In this document: positions 45,802 to 53,692 of the stretch, piece by piece | Position numbering within the stretch: the stretch's first letter is position 1 | Layout of the letters: the number at the start of each line of letters is the position of its first letter | Virus record (IMG/VR): IMGVR_UViG_3300016722_000003 | Location: 1 to 55,269 of that record | Reading direction: 5' to 3' (one strand) | DNA from: a virus | Taxonomy: Duplodnaviria > Caudoviricetes | Length of the DNA stretch: 55,269 nucleotides | The notes under the pieces: generated by a model | The model's input: the letters and a program-made list of their open reading frames with translations, nothing else | Told to the model about the DNA's origin: nothing | Databases searched by the model: none | Made by a program: the position numbers and the translations under genes

Positions 45802-47874
45802 TTACCCTACTCGCTTACAATAACAATCATCACAACTTGCGTTCATTGCATCAAACTCTTCTAACATTCTTGCTCTTTCCTCAGCTTTTTTCTGTTCAAA
45901 CTCTAAAACGTGTTGACTATGAGCATCCTCTAGGCTTAACTCTTTGTCTACTTCACTAACTACCAATTTAATGACCTGCGCATTAGGCACCTCTATAAAC
46001 TGCGTTACCGACTCAGCATTGTCTATCATTACAGGTGCGCTAAACCCATAAAAATCAATCAAAGTATTAATAATATCTAAGCCAACATTTATCCGTGCCG
46101 CATTGTTTAAATCACAGTAAGGTACACCGTTAAGCATTACCTCACAGCACTCCTCAATACCATCGTTTGAAACATTTTCTTTAAACATAACGAACCGTGC
46201 AAGCTTAAATTTGCTAGATACACGCTCGTTTACCAACTGAGTCTTTACTCGTGTAAATTGATCCACCAAATAAATATTGCTCTGCAGACCCTCATACATT
46301 TTCATAGTTTCTTTTTGCTCTTTCAGTAAATCAGCAATGCGCTTTTTTGCAGCTTGATTTTTACTAAGAATGGCACGCATTTTTTCGCGTTCATCAATTT
46401 TAAGCTGCACCTCATCTCGTGCCTTAACCAGTAAAGCAAGAGCTTCTTCCATGTTTTTATCCGGTTCTTTCAGCTTATCTTCTAGTAAAGAAATTTTCTC
46501 AGACATTGAAATTAAGCTATCAGTTAAAACTGGTTCTTGTGGAAGTGCTTTTAAAGATGCCTCGGCGATTTCTAATTTGCTATCAATTTCAGATAGCTCT
46601 CTTTTTTTTGACTCAAGCTCCTTTTCATGTCTTTCAATGCTAGCCAAATGGCCTTCTTTCACTACATTATTGGCGTGCCCTTTATCCCTTAGCTTAGTGA
46701 GCATATAAGCTCGTTCAGTATTAAATTTAGCCTCTAATTCTGCTAACTTAGCTTTTGCGTTCTCTACTTCTCCGACAGGTAAAGATTGCCCACATACAGG
46801 ACAAACCGTTTCCACTTCGCCACGTATAAATTGCTTTTCTTTTTCCTCGTTAAACTGTTTGGCTAATTCATCACGTGTCGCAGTACATTCCGCAATTAGT
46901 TTTTTCTCATAAGCAATCGTATTCTCAATGCTGCGTTTTTCCCTATCAACATCACTTTCTAGATTTTTTATTGCCTGAATATCGCTGTAGGCCTTGCTTC
47001 TTAAATCAAGTAGTTGGTTGGACAAAACTTGTTTATCACTAAAAAACTTAGCCTTTAACTCACTAACCTCAATTGCTAATTGCTGCTTTTGTCCATTAGC
47101 CTTTAGATTAGCTATCTTGTCATTTTTAGCAGTAAGTTCCGCCCTCAATTTCCCTATATCACTATTAACTATCTCGGCCGTCATGGTCCCTTCGTCAACA
47201 ATAGAACGGTTGCACTCATCAATTCTTGTAGGGAAACTCTTGATTTTTTTATCTAACTCCAAAGCTTGGTATTTCCAAGTCTTTTTAGCACTGTCAACGC
47301 TTTTATCGTTTAGAAGTTTAGCTAAACCGGCTAACTCCTCACTGCTATTAATAACTTCCTCATCTGAAACCTCACCGCAGGTTTTAGTAATAATGCTTCT
47401 CCGTTCCTGCCATTTCAACTTCTCACTAAACCAAGTAGGATCAGTTAATAACCTAAAAACATCTTCGTCTGTCAAACTACTGATATATTTCTTGTATTTT
47501 GTTATAGGCATAGGCTCTTGATTGATAAAACAATCTGTGGTATTACCGGTACATATTTCATTAAGCATACCTTTAGGCCTAGTCCATGTTTCGTGGTAAA
47601 CTTTTTTAAGTACCACAGTCTTACCGTTAACTTCAAAAGTGCCTTCTACTTCATGTCCTACTCTTTCTATTTCCTTTCCATCAACACGAGTCTTAATGCC
47701 AAAATCTTGCTTATTTTCACTATTTTTGCCAAATAGCAGCCAGTGCATAGCATCTTTTATTGTCGTTTTTCCAGTGGCATTATCCCCATAAATACTCACA
47801 TTATTACCATCAATCTTCAGGGAAAACGACTTTATACCCTTAAAATAGATTAAGTTCATCCCTATTAAACGCAT
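45802..47874 (-). CDS. SMC/Rad50-like ATPase
   Basis: FKG, GDNATGKTT, coiled coil with CPVCG zinc hook, LN....N.GLD and IDNAES. Confidence 0.9.
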   Translation of the reverse strand: MRLIGMNLIYFKGIKSFSLKIDGNNVSIYGDNATGKTTIKDAMHWLLFGKNSENKQDFGIKTRVDGKEIERVGHEVEGTFEVNGKTVVLKKVYHETWTRPKGMLNEICTGNTTDCFINQEPMPITKYKKYISSLTDEDVFRLLTDPTWFSEKLKWQERRSIITKTCGEVSDEEVINSSEELAGLAKLLNDKSVDSAKKTWKYQALELDKKIKSFPTRIDECNRSIVDEGTMTAEIVNSDIGKLRAELTAKNDKIANLKANGQKQQLAIEVSELKAKFFSDKQVLSNQLLDLRSKAYSDIQAIKNLESDVDREKRSIENTIAYEKKLIAECTATRDELAKQFNEEKEKQFIRGEVETVCPVCGQSLPVGEVENAKAKLAELEAKFNTERAYMLTKLRDKGHANNVVKEGHLASIERHEKELESKKRELSEIDSKLEIAEASLKALPQEPVLTDSLISMSEKISLLEDKLKEPDKNMEEALALLVKARDEVQLKIDEREKMRAILSKNQAAKKRIADLLKEQKETMKMYEGLQSNIYLVDQFTRVKTQLVNERVSSKFKLARFVMFKENVSNDGIEECCEVMLNGVPYCDLNNAARINVGLDIINTLIDFYGFSAPVMIDNAESVTQFIEVPNAQVIKLVVSEVDKELSLEDAHSQHVLEFEQKKAEERARMLEEFDAMNASCDDCYCKRVG

Positions 47875-47875
47875 T

Positions 47876-48205
47876 TTAATTGGCCCCCTTGTCTACAACT
47901 GCACCAAACATGGTTCTTAATTGCCGTGCGATTTTTATTTTTTTTAGGTTATTTGCTACTTGATTAAGAAAACTATCTGCGTCAAACTTTTCAGGAGATG
48001 CTTTTTCCATATGCTCCAAAATTCTCAAAATACCAAAACCAATATTACTGGTACTTCCTGCAATCATAGTAACTTCAGGATTACTATCTTCACATTCCAT
48101 ATAAAAGACGATTGTTTTAGCCTTATATTTATCAACGATTGCGCCTAGCTCAGCTTCCATAGTTTTTATAGTTTCTGTTCTTTGTGCTTTCTCAATATTT
48201 TCCAT
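47876..48205 (-). CDS. Hypothetical protein
   Basis: AAGGAG RBS; operon position. Confidence 0.7.
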   Translation of the reverse strand: MENIEKAQRTETIKTMEAELGAIVDKYKAKTIVFYMECEDSNPEVTMIAGSTSNIGFGILRILEHMEKASPEKFDADSFLNQVANNLKKIKIARQLRTMFGAVVDKGAN

Positions 48206-48219
48206 TGTTTTTAGCTCCT

Positions 48220-48477
48220 TTAATTTTTAATTATTAATTTTTGCCCAGGTTGGATAAACTTTTTACAATTTAATTCATTATCTTTGTTGATATAGTAAAT
48301 AAGTTCCCTTGTGTCTTGGTCATTGCGCTGATACTTACTAGCGATATCCCACAATGTCTCACCACACCTTACGGTATGAGTAGTTACATATTTTCTATCT
48401 CTATCATCAGCATTTGTACTGCGAATAACGCTAAACAAAGCTACTAAACAAAGTGCTATTCCTAAAAACCTCTTCAT
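48220..48477 (-). CDS. Membrane-anchored LysM protein (YneA-like)
   Basis: Signal/TM segment, then HTV..GETLW.IA...N.L....IQPGQKL.I. Confidence 0.85.
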   Translation of the reverse strand: MKRFLGIALCLVALFSVIRSTNADDRDRKYVTTHTVRCGETLWDIASKYQRNDQDTRELIYYINKDNELNCKKFIQPGQKLIIKN

Positions 48478-48491
48478 ACCCTCACCCCTTT

Positions 48492-48647
48492 TTAAAGAGC
48501 TACCTCTGTTTTATCCGTTTTTTCTTCATTACAATTTTTCATATTGTAGCTAAATATTCTTGATGCCAAGGCTTGGTTTAATTGGTCTTGGCTCATTTTT
48601 CCATCGAAGTGAATCGTTACTGTATAATCTTCTTTGGAACGTTCCAT
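48492..48647 (-). CDS. Hypothetical 51-aa protein (MERSKEDYTVTIHF...), not in the ORF track
   Basis: Translated by hand; GAGGG RBS upstream. Confidence 0.5.
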   Translation of the reverse strand: MERSKEDYTVTIHFDGKMSQDQLNQALASRIFSYNMKNCNEEKTDKTEVAL

Positions 48648-48723
48648 TATTGCTTTCGCCCTCTTTTCTTGGCTTTAATAATGTGTTACAATGAAAATGT
48701 GCTAAATATTTCTTTGGTGGAAG

Positions 48724-49209
48724 TCATTTACACACATAAACCGTTCGTGTGCCAACACGTGCGGTTCTTTTTTTATGTCCTCTTACAGCTACGGCCATGC
48801 AAGCCCCGATGATTAATTTCATCTTCACGCAAATATCACCGAACAAAGCTTCTTCTTGTTGGTCAATGCAATCATCATCAGCTATTTCAAGCAATTTATT
48901 AACTGTGCTTGAAAACACGTTAGACACTAGCAAGGCATTAATTGCACAAGCTGCGATCCCTCTTTCACAATCAACATCAGGCAAAAGCCTTTTTCCTACT
49001 ACGCTATTTCGCAAATGTTTGTATCCTAGCCATTCGGCATGGTACAAATCCATCATGCCATTCGCAATATCGTCAGGAACTTTACGCCTGCCCGATTCAT
49101 ACTCCCTCAGTGTTGCAGAGTCTACTCCCAACTCCTCAGCCGCCGTTAATTGTGACAAATCGCTTAAAACTCGTGCGGTTAAATAACAATTTCGTGGGCC
49201 TTTCCTCAT
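48724..49209 (-). CDS. XRE-family HTH regulator
   Basis: AR..S.LSQ..AAEELGV...TL..YESG. Confidence 0.8.
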   Translation of the reverse strand: MRKGPRNCYLTARVLSDLSQLTAAEELGVDSATLREYESGRRKVPDDIANGMMDLYHAEWLGYKHLRNSVVGKRLLPDVDCERGIAACAINALLVSNVFSSTVNKLLEIADDDCIDQQEEALFGDICVKMKLIIGACMAVAVRGHKKRTARVGTRTVYVCK

Positions 49210-49311
49210 GCGCTCACTCTCCTTTCATGAGATAATTAAGCTATAAAACAAGACCTTTCTTTTGCGCCCTTTCCCATATGCTATAATTTGGTTAAGAAGG
49301 GGGGTGATTAT

Positions 49312-49824
49312 ATGGATTCTAATATTGCCCAATTATCAAGCTTTGTCGTTCCTGTCATATCCATACTTTTTAGTTATTACCTTGGTGTTATAAGTCAAAA
49401 GAAAGGATTTTCAAGAAAAATCCAGAAAGAACGATATGTGAAAGCATATGTACCTTATATTACACGGCTATACAAAGGTTTTGCTTTTGACCAACTCAAT
49501 AAAAATTCTTTAGAAAAATTTGACTACCGAACTATTTTCTTCGAATTAATAAATGACAATCTTCAGTATTGGGGAAATAATACACTGTCTATTTATCATG
49601 ATTTTTATGTCGGTTATCTGGATATGCTTGAACATATGGACGGGAATGAAGATTTTGTTGCTGCCCCTGATGAGTTTCATTTTGTTATGAACAAAATAAC
49701 CCTATCAATCTTAGAAGAAGCAACCAAATTAGAAGATGAACTGTCATTGCCAAGACTAACAGGACAACTTTTAACAAACTATCGCGAATCAATGAGTGAA
49801 CTGCGCAAATCAAGACCGCAGTAA
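49312..49824 (+). CDS. Moron-like membrane-anchored protein antisense to the early operon
   Basis: Own extended -10 (TGcTATAAT, 49279-49287), GGGGGTG RBS and N-terminal TM helix. Confidence 0.75.
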   Translation: MDSNIAQLSSFVVPVISILFSYYLGVISQKKGFSRKIQKERYVKAYVPYITRLYKGFAFDQLNKNSLEKFDYRTIFFELINDNLQYWGNNTLSIYHDFYVGYLDMLEHMDGNEDFVAAPDEFHFVMNKITLSILEEATKLEDELSLPRLTGQLLTNYRESMSELRKSRPQ

Positions 49825-49868
49825 TGGAAAGATATATGACGTATTCTGTCTGCATATTCATTACGCCC

Positions 49869-50054
49869 CTATATACCCTTCCCTATGTCTTCCATGATGA
49901 TTACTTCAAAAGGAATATGCGTTTCTGTGCTTAAAATCTCTACACTTACGCCTGTGATTATTGCCGTAGTCATGGGCGTACAATGTTTTCTAATATACTC
50001 AACTAAAGGTCGAGCAGCCTTTTCTAGCTCTTTAGTTTCCTGCACAGTGCTCAT
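49869..50054 (-). CDS. Small conserved phage protein
   Basis: LE.AARPL..Y......P.T.AII pattern; GAGGAG RBS. Confidence 0.7.
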   Translation of the reverse strand: MSTVQETKELEKAARPLVEYIRKHCTPMTTAIITGVSVEILSTETHIPFEVIIMEDIGKGI

Positions 50055-50099
50055 TTCTCCTCAACTCCTTTTTTGCTCACTTTTAATCTCTCCTCAGCA

Positions 50100-50294
50100 T
50101 TAGGCGGTGTCTTTGCACAGCAACTCATCAACTGTACATTTCAATATTTTTGCTAATGCCGGTAGCTTATCTGCTCTTGGGAATGCGTAACCAGTTTCCC
50201 ACATAGAAACAGTCGATTGAGCAACTCCTAACATTCCTGCTAAATCCTCTTGTTTTAGGCAGTTTTTTTCACGTAACTCTTTTAGCTTATTCAT
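50100..50294 (-). CDS. Cro-like XRE repressor
   Basis: LKELRE...L.QEDLA..LGV.QSTVS.WETG...P; divergent from CI. Confidence 0.9.
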   Translation of the reverse strand: MNKLKELREKNCLKQEDLAGMLGVAQSTVSMWETGYAFPRADKLPALAKILKCTVDELLCKDTA

Positions 50295-50321
50295 TTTGGC
50301 ACCACCCTTCTTACCCATTTT

Positions 50322-50443
50322 TATCAACTACAATGATATATTATATCAATATGATTGATAAGTCAAGCCTTTTATCAATATTTCATCAAAATAAATTAAT
50401 AATTATTGATTATTATGTTTCATATCAATATAATTGATATGAA
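50322..50443. promoter_or_regulatory. CI/Cro operator array, consensus TATCAA-N5-TTGATA
   Basis: Copies at 50322-50338 (one mismatch), 50344-50360 and 50423-50439, plus half-sites, in the divergent intergenic region. Confidence 0.85.
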
Positions 50444-50472
50444 GCACTGTGATATAAAAGGAGTTATGCTTT

Positions 50473-51087
50473 ATGCGACTTAAAGAATTGAGAAAAAACA
50501 ATAGGCTCACCCAAGCTGAAATAGCTAAAATAATTGGAGTAAACCAAAATACTTATTCATATTGGGAGAACGAAAAAACAAAAATAGACAATGCTACGCT
50601 CGCTAAACTGGCAGATTACTTCAATGTCACAATAGATTATTTGCTAGGACGTGACGAAAATGCAAAAAACAATCCTGCCAACCAGAAGGGCATAAAAATC
50701 CCTGTTCTCGGCCGTGTAGTCGCCGGCATACCACTTGAAGCTATCGAAAACATAGAAGGATATGAAGAAATATCCCCTGCTATGGCAGTTCGAGGCGAAT
50801 TTTTCGCTCTACGAGTAAAAGGCAAGTCTATGGAACCCTACTTGCTTGAAAATGACACCGTTATAGTTAAAAAACAAAATGACGTTGAAAACAATGCAAT
50901 CGCCATTATCCTTGTCAACGGTGATGAAGCTACTGTAAAAAAAATCAGAAAACAAGAGACTGGTATAACTTTAATAGGCTTAAACACTTCCGTTTATGAA
51001 CCTCACTTCTATACCAATGCAGAAGTCCTCTCTCTGCCTATCGTTATCGTTGGTCGTGTTGTTGAGATAAGGCGTGCTTTACCGTAA
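50473..51087 (+). CDS. CI-like repressor (HTH plus S24 autopeptidase)
   Basis: XRE HTH, IPVLGRVVAG cleavage site, GKSMEP serine and ATVKK lysine. Confidence 0.95.
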   Translation: MRLKELRKNNRLTQAEIAKIIGVNQNTYSYWENEKTKIDNATLAKLADYFNVTIDYLLGRDENAKNNPANQKGIKIPVLGRVVAGIPLEAIENIEGYEEISPAMAVRGEFFALRVKGKSMEPYLLENDTVIVKKQNDVENNAIAIILVNGDEATVKKIRKQETGITLIGLNTSVYEPHFYTNAEVLSLPIVIVGRVVEIRRALP

Positions 51088-51175
51088 TAAGTATGTTTAA
51101 AAACAAAAAAATATAGCCATTCATAATTGAATGACCATGCTTTGAATAAAACTATTAAATTGAGGCGATACTATT

Positions 51176-51592
51176 ATGAAAAAAGTCGTATTTTTATGCT
51201 TACTTTTACTTCTCACTTTTGGCAACACTGCAACAGCTGCCAATTGGCAATATGGCATTACCACCGATAATGGCACATATATATTTTTTGATGGAGACAC
51301 TATTAATATTAATCAAAATGGATGTCTTGACGTATGGGTAAATTGTATATTTTCAAAAACTAAAAATCCTAATAGGGAAAATCAGATTATCCATCAAGAA
51401 TACGACGTAGTAGTAAGAAAATTTAGGTTGCTTAATATTTATACGTATGATAAAAATGGAAATCAGATTAATAAAAATACTGGTGCGACAAAATGGGTTG
51501 AAATTGTACCTGGAAGCTATGCTGAAACATTATACAAAACAATATCCCGTTATTACATAGATAAGACAAAGCGTGAAACTCAAACCCTTTAG
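51176..51592 (+). CDS. Secreted protein (surface-adhesin E-like)
   Basis: Signal peptide ending ATA-ANW; VWV, Y..NG and W.EIVPGS.AE motifs. Confidence 0.7.
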   Translation: MKKVVFLCLLLLLTFGNTATAANWQYGITTDNGTYIFFDGDTININQNGCLDVWVNCIFSKTKNPNRENQIIHQEYDVVVRKFRLLNIYTYDKNGNQINKNTGATKWVEIVPGSYAETLYKTISRYYIDKTKRETQTL

Positions 51593-51650
51593 TACGTTTC
51601 GCCTTTCCAAATAGAACTGTTCAGCGTAAATCAAGAAAAGAGATGTCCTA

Positions 51651-51863
51651 ATGAAAAAAATTCTAGTTTTAGCATTATTTGCAACCATGGCAATTAGCAG
51701 TATCTGCTTTGCCGACACTTACGTTAATGGCTACCACCGCAGTGACGGAACATATGTTCAAGGGTACCATAGATCTGATCCGAACGGTACCACAGCAGAT
51801 AATTACAGTCACCAAGGAAACGTTAACCCTTACACTGGTCAAAGAGGCCATCGCAACAACTAA
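51651..51863 (+). CDS. Small secreted protein with a V.GY.RS repeat
   Basis: Signal peptide, then YVNGYHRSDGTYVQGYHRS..N....DNYS..GNVNPYTG. Confidence 0.8.
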   Translation: MKKILVLALFATMAISSICFADTYVNGYHRSDGTYVQGYHRSDPNGTTADNYSHQGNVNPYTGQRGHRNN

Positions 51864-52005
51864 TAAATAGACTTACGCTGAGCATCTATATAATAATCGT
51901 GCAACTAAAACATTTTATAATGAATAACTAAAAATATTTTCGAAGTCTTAATTTTTATGATTGATAAGCTTTTATAGTTTTAACTTTTTGTTAAAATATT
52001 GAGAA

Positions 52006-52055
52006 ATATGGACATATGTGGACATATGTGGACATATGTGGACATATATGGGCAT
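52006..52055. repeat. 10-bp tandem repeat (GACATATGTG)x3 plus degenerate copies
   Basis: Read directly at 52011-52050; each perfect unit contains the palindrome ACATATGT. Confidence 0.95.
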
Positions 52056-52084
52056 TTTTCACTGTTTTTAGTCATTTTTAGACT

Positions 52085-52113
52085 TTGCAAATTTATAATA
52101 CAAATGGTACTAT
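52085..52113 (+). promoter_or_regulatory. Sigma-A promoter for the leader RNA / abi gene
   Basis: TTGCAA-17 nt-TACTAT with a TG extension. Confidence 0.7.
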
Positions 52114-52118
52114 TTTAT

Positions 52119-52206
52119 CAGAGAGATCTGGGAATGAGGAAACTCACACCCCCAGGCCAACGATAACCGCTGTACCTAAATTAGGTATGGCGGTTATTCG
52201 TCTTTT
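52119..52206 (+). ncRNA. Structured leader RNA upstream of the Abi gene (abiF-motif-like, candidate RNA antitoxin)
   Basis: Hairpin CTGGG/CCCAG with inner TGAG-GAAA-CTCA tetraloop, then a 15-16-bp stem at 52163-52197 with two G-U pairs, followed by TCGTCTTTT. Confidence 0.7.
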
Positions 52207-52219
52207 AGAGAGGAAATAT

Positions 52220-53179
52220 ATGTCAGAGAAAATATTTAGAACATATGATGAACAAATAGATACTCTAATTCACAGAGGTATAGTGATAGATAACAGGCAA
52301 TGTGTAATTAACATCTTAAAAGAAGAAAATTATTATAGCGTAATTAACGGCTATAAAGATTTATTTCTTATGCCAAAAACTCCAGGGAATTCAGATGATT
52401 GCTATAAACCTGGCACCAATTTTTACGAAATAATAGAATTGTACAATTTTGATCGACATCTTAGAGAGATTTTATTGCTAGAATTACTGAGAGTGGAAAA
52501 GTATATAAAAACTACAATTACATATATTTTTTCTAGCCACTATGGTTACGATAATCACAAATATCTAACCACAAATTCTTTTAATACAAGCAACAGCGCA
52601 AATAAAGCAAAAGCAGAAAAATTAATATCAGAGTTAAATGACAAAATTGCCAAATATTCAACAACGCATAAAGCTATTAGTTATTATTGTAATACTCATC
52701 ATTATGTTCCTTTGTGGGTATTGTCAACAATAATGAGTTTCGGAACCATGAATTTTTTCTTTTCAAGATTAACCCTTTCAGATAAAACTGAAATTGCAAA
52801 TGAATTTAGAATGACCCCTAAGTCATTCGAATCAGTATTGTCAATTTTATGTGGTTTTAGAAACAAATGTGCTCATGGAGAAAGAATTTATTCTTATAAA
52901 AAAGATGTTTTGCGTTCAAAATATATTCCAATACTTCCTTACCACGCTACGCTTGGCATATCTGATGAGAGCAAAGAACATTATGGCAGGGAAGATTTAC
53001 TCGCGCTATTAATAGTTTTAAAATATTTTGTATCTCACAAACATTACCCGCTTTTAATTGCTCAAATTGATAGTCAAATTACTAAGCTAGATTCAAAGCT
53101 ACACACAATAAGTATCTCAGAAGTAAAAAAAATAATGGGTCTTGTGCCAAATTGGACAGACTTAAAACATATAAAATAG
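52220..53179 (+). CDS. Abi family (Abi_2, AbiD/AbiF-like) HEPN ribonuclease
   Basis: ATG behind GAGAGG; TY.EQI..L..RG, NYY....GY, LY.FD..LR, PLW......FG and HEPN motif RNKCAH. Confidence 0.9.
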   Translation: MSEKIFRTYDEQIDTLIHRGIVIDNRQCVINILKEENYYSVINGYKDLFLMPKTPGNSDDCYKPGTNFYEIIELYNFDRHLREILLLELLRVEKYIKTTITYIFSSHYGYDNHKYLTTNSFNTSNSANKAKAEKLISELNDKIAKYSTTHKAISYYCNTHHYVPLWVLSTIMSFGTMNFFFSRLTLSDKTEIANEFRMTPKSFESVLSILCGFRNKCAHGERIYSYKKDVLRSKYIPILPYHATLGISDESKEHYGREDLLALLIVLKYFVSHKHYPLLIAQIDSQITKLDSKLHTISISEVKKIMGLVPNWTDLKHIK

Positions 53180-53268
53180 ATTAAAAATAACTATATACAT
53201 ACTAACCTTAAACCCCGTAAGTTGATCTTTAGTATAATAATTATTTTTTTACAAGAAGGTTGAAAATA

Positions 53269-53478
53269 ATGGCTACATTATCAAAAAAAGATTCTATTTT
53301 GGATGAATATATGGCTCAAGGCAAAGAGCTAGGAATGATGGAACTTTATGAAATTACCAAAGATACAATTAAGCAAGGCGGTAAAATGAAGATACTATTG
53401 AACGATACTACCAACTCATCAGTCACACTCACCACTCTGGAAGAAGCTAAAAAGTTTTTTGAGCAGTATTGGATGTGA
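53269..53478 (+). CDS. Small hypothetical protein
   Basis: ATG behind GAAGGT, upstream TATAAT, followed by a terminator. Confidence 0.55.
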   Translation: MATLSKKDSILDEYMAQGKELGMMELYEITKDTIKQGGKMKILLNDTTNSSVTLTTLEEAKKFFEQYWM

Positions 53479-53536
53479 AAACGGATGTTTCGCACACTAT
53501 CTTTGGGGCATGCGAATTCTCGCAACCTAAACTATC

Positions 53537-53566
53537 CCCTGCATCTACTTGATGTAGGGCTTTTTC
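53537..53566 (+). terminator. Intrinsic terminator
   Basis: CCCTGCATC-tactt-GATGTAGGG-CTTTTT. Confidence 0.75.
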
Positions 53567-53581
53567 ATAATAAGTTAACGG

Positions 53582-53655
53582 TTTATAGTCAAAAAAAATC
53601 GCAAAAGTTAGACTAAGATGTTTTATAGTCAAGCAAAACCGCAAATATTTGACTA
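53582..53655. repeat. Two 34-bp direct repeats (40-bp period), each bounded by TAGTC...GACTA, upstream of the integrase
   Basis: 53582-53615 versus 53622-53655, 28/34 identical by hand alignment. Confidence 0.8.
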
Positions 53656-53692
53656 CTGAAACTTAAATACCAAAAATACGAGGAGTAGTACA

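Noticed and set aside
360-47736. Numerous + strand ORFs of 60-175 aa opposite the virion and replication genes (e.g. 1886..2329, 27516..27989, 46994..47521)
   Set aside because: Antisense shadows of well-supported minus-strand genes, without RBS or recognisable motifs.
2211-50327. Stop-codon reassignment in the phage
   Set aside because: Genes are full length and tightly packed under the standard code, and TAA, TAG and TGA all serve as stops.
52006-52055. Possible CRISPR or mini-array
   Set aside because: Units are 10 bp and contiguous with no spacers, and there are no cas genes.
52085-52219. 45-aa N-terminal extension of the Abi protein shown in the ORF track
   Set aside because: The TTG is the -35 box, the region is structured leader, and family similarity and the RBS begin at ATG 52220.
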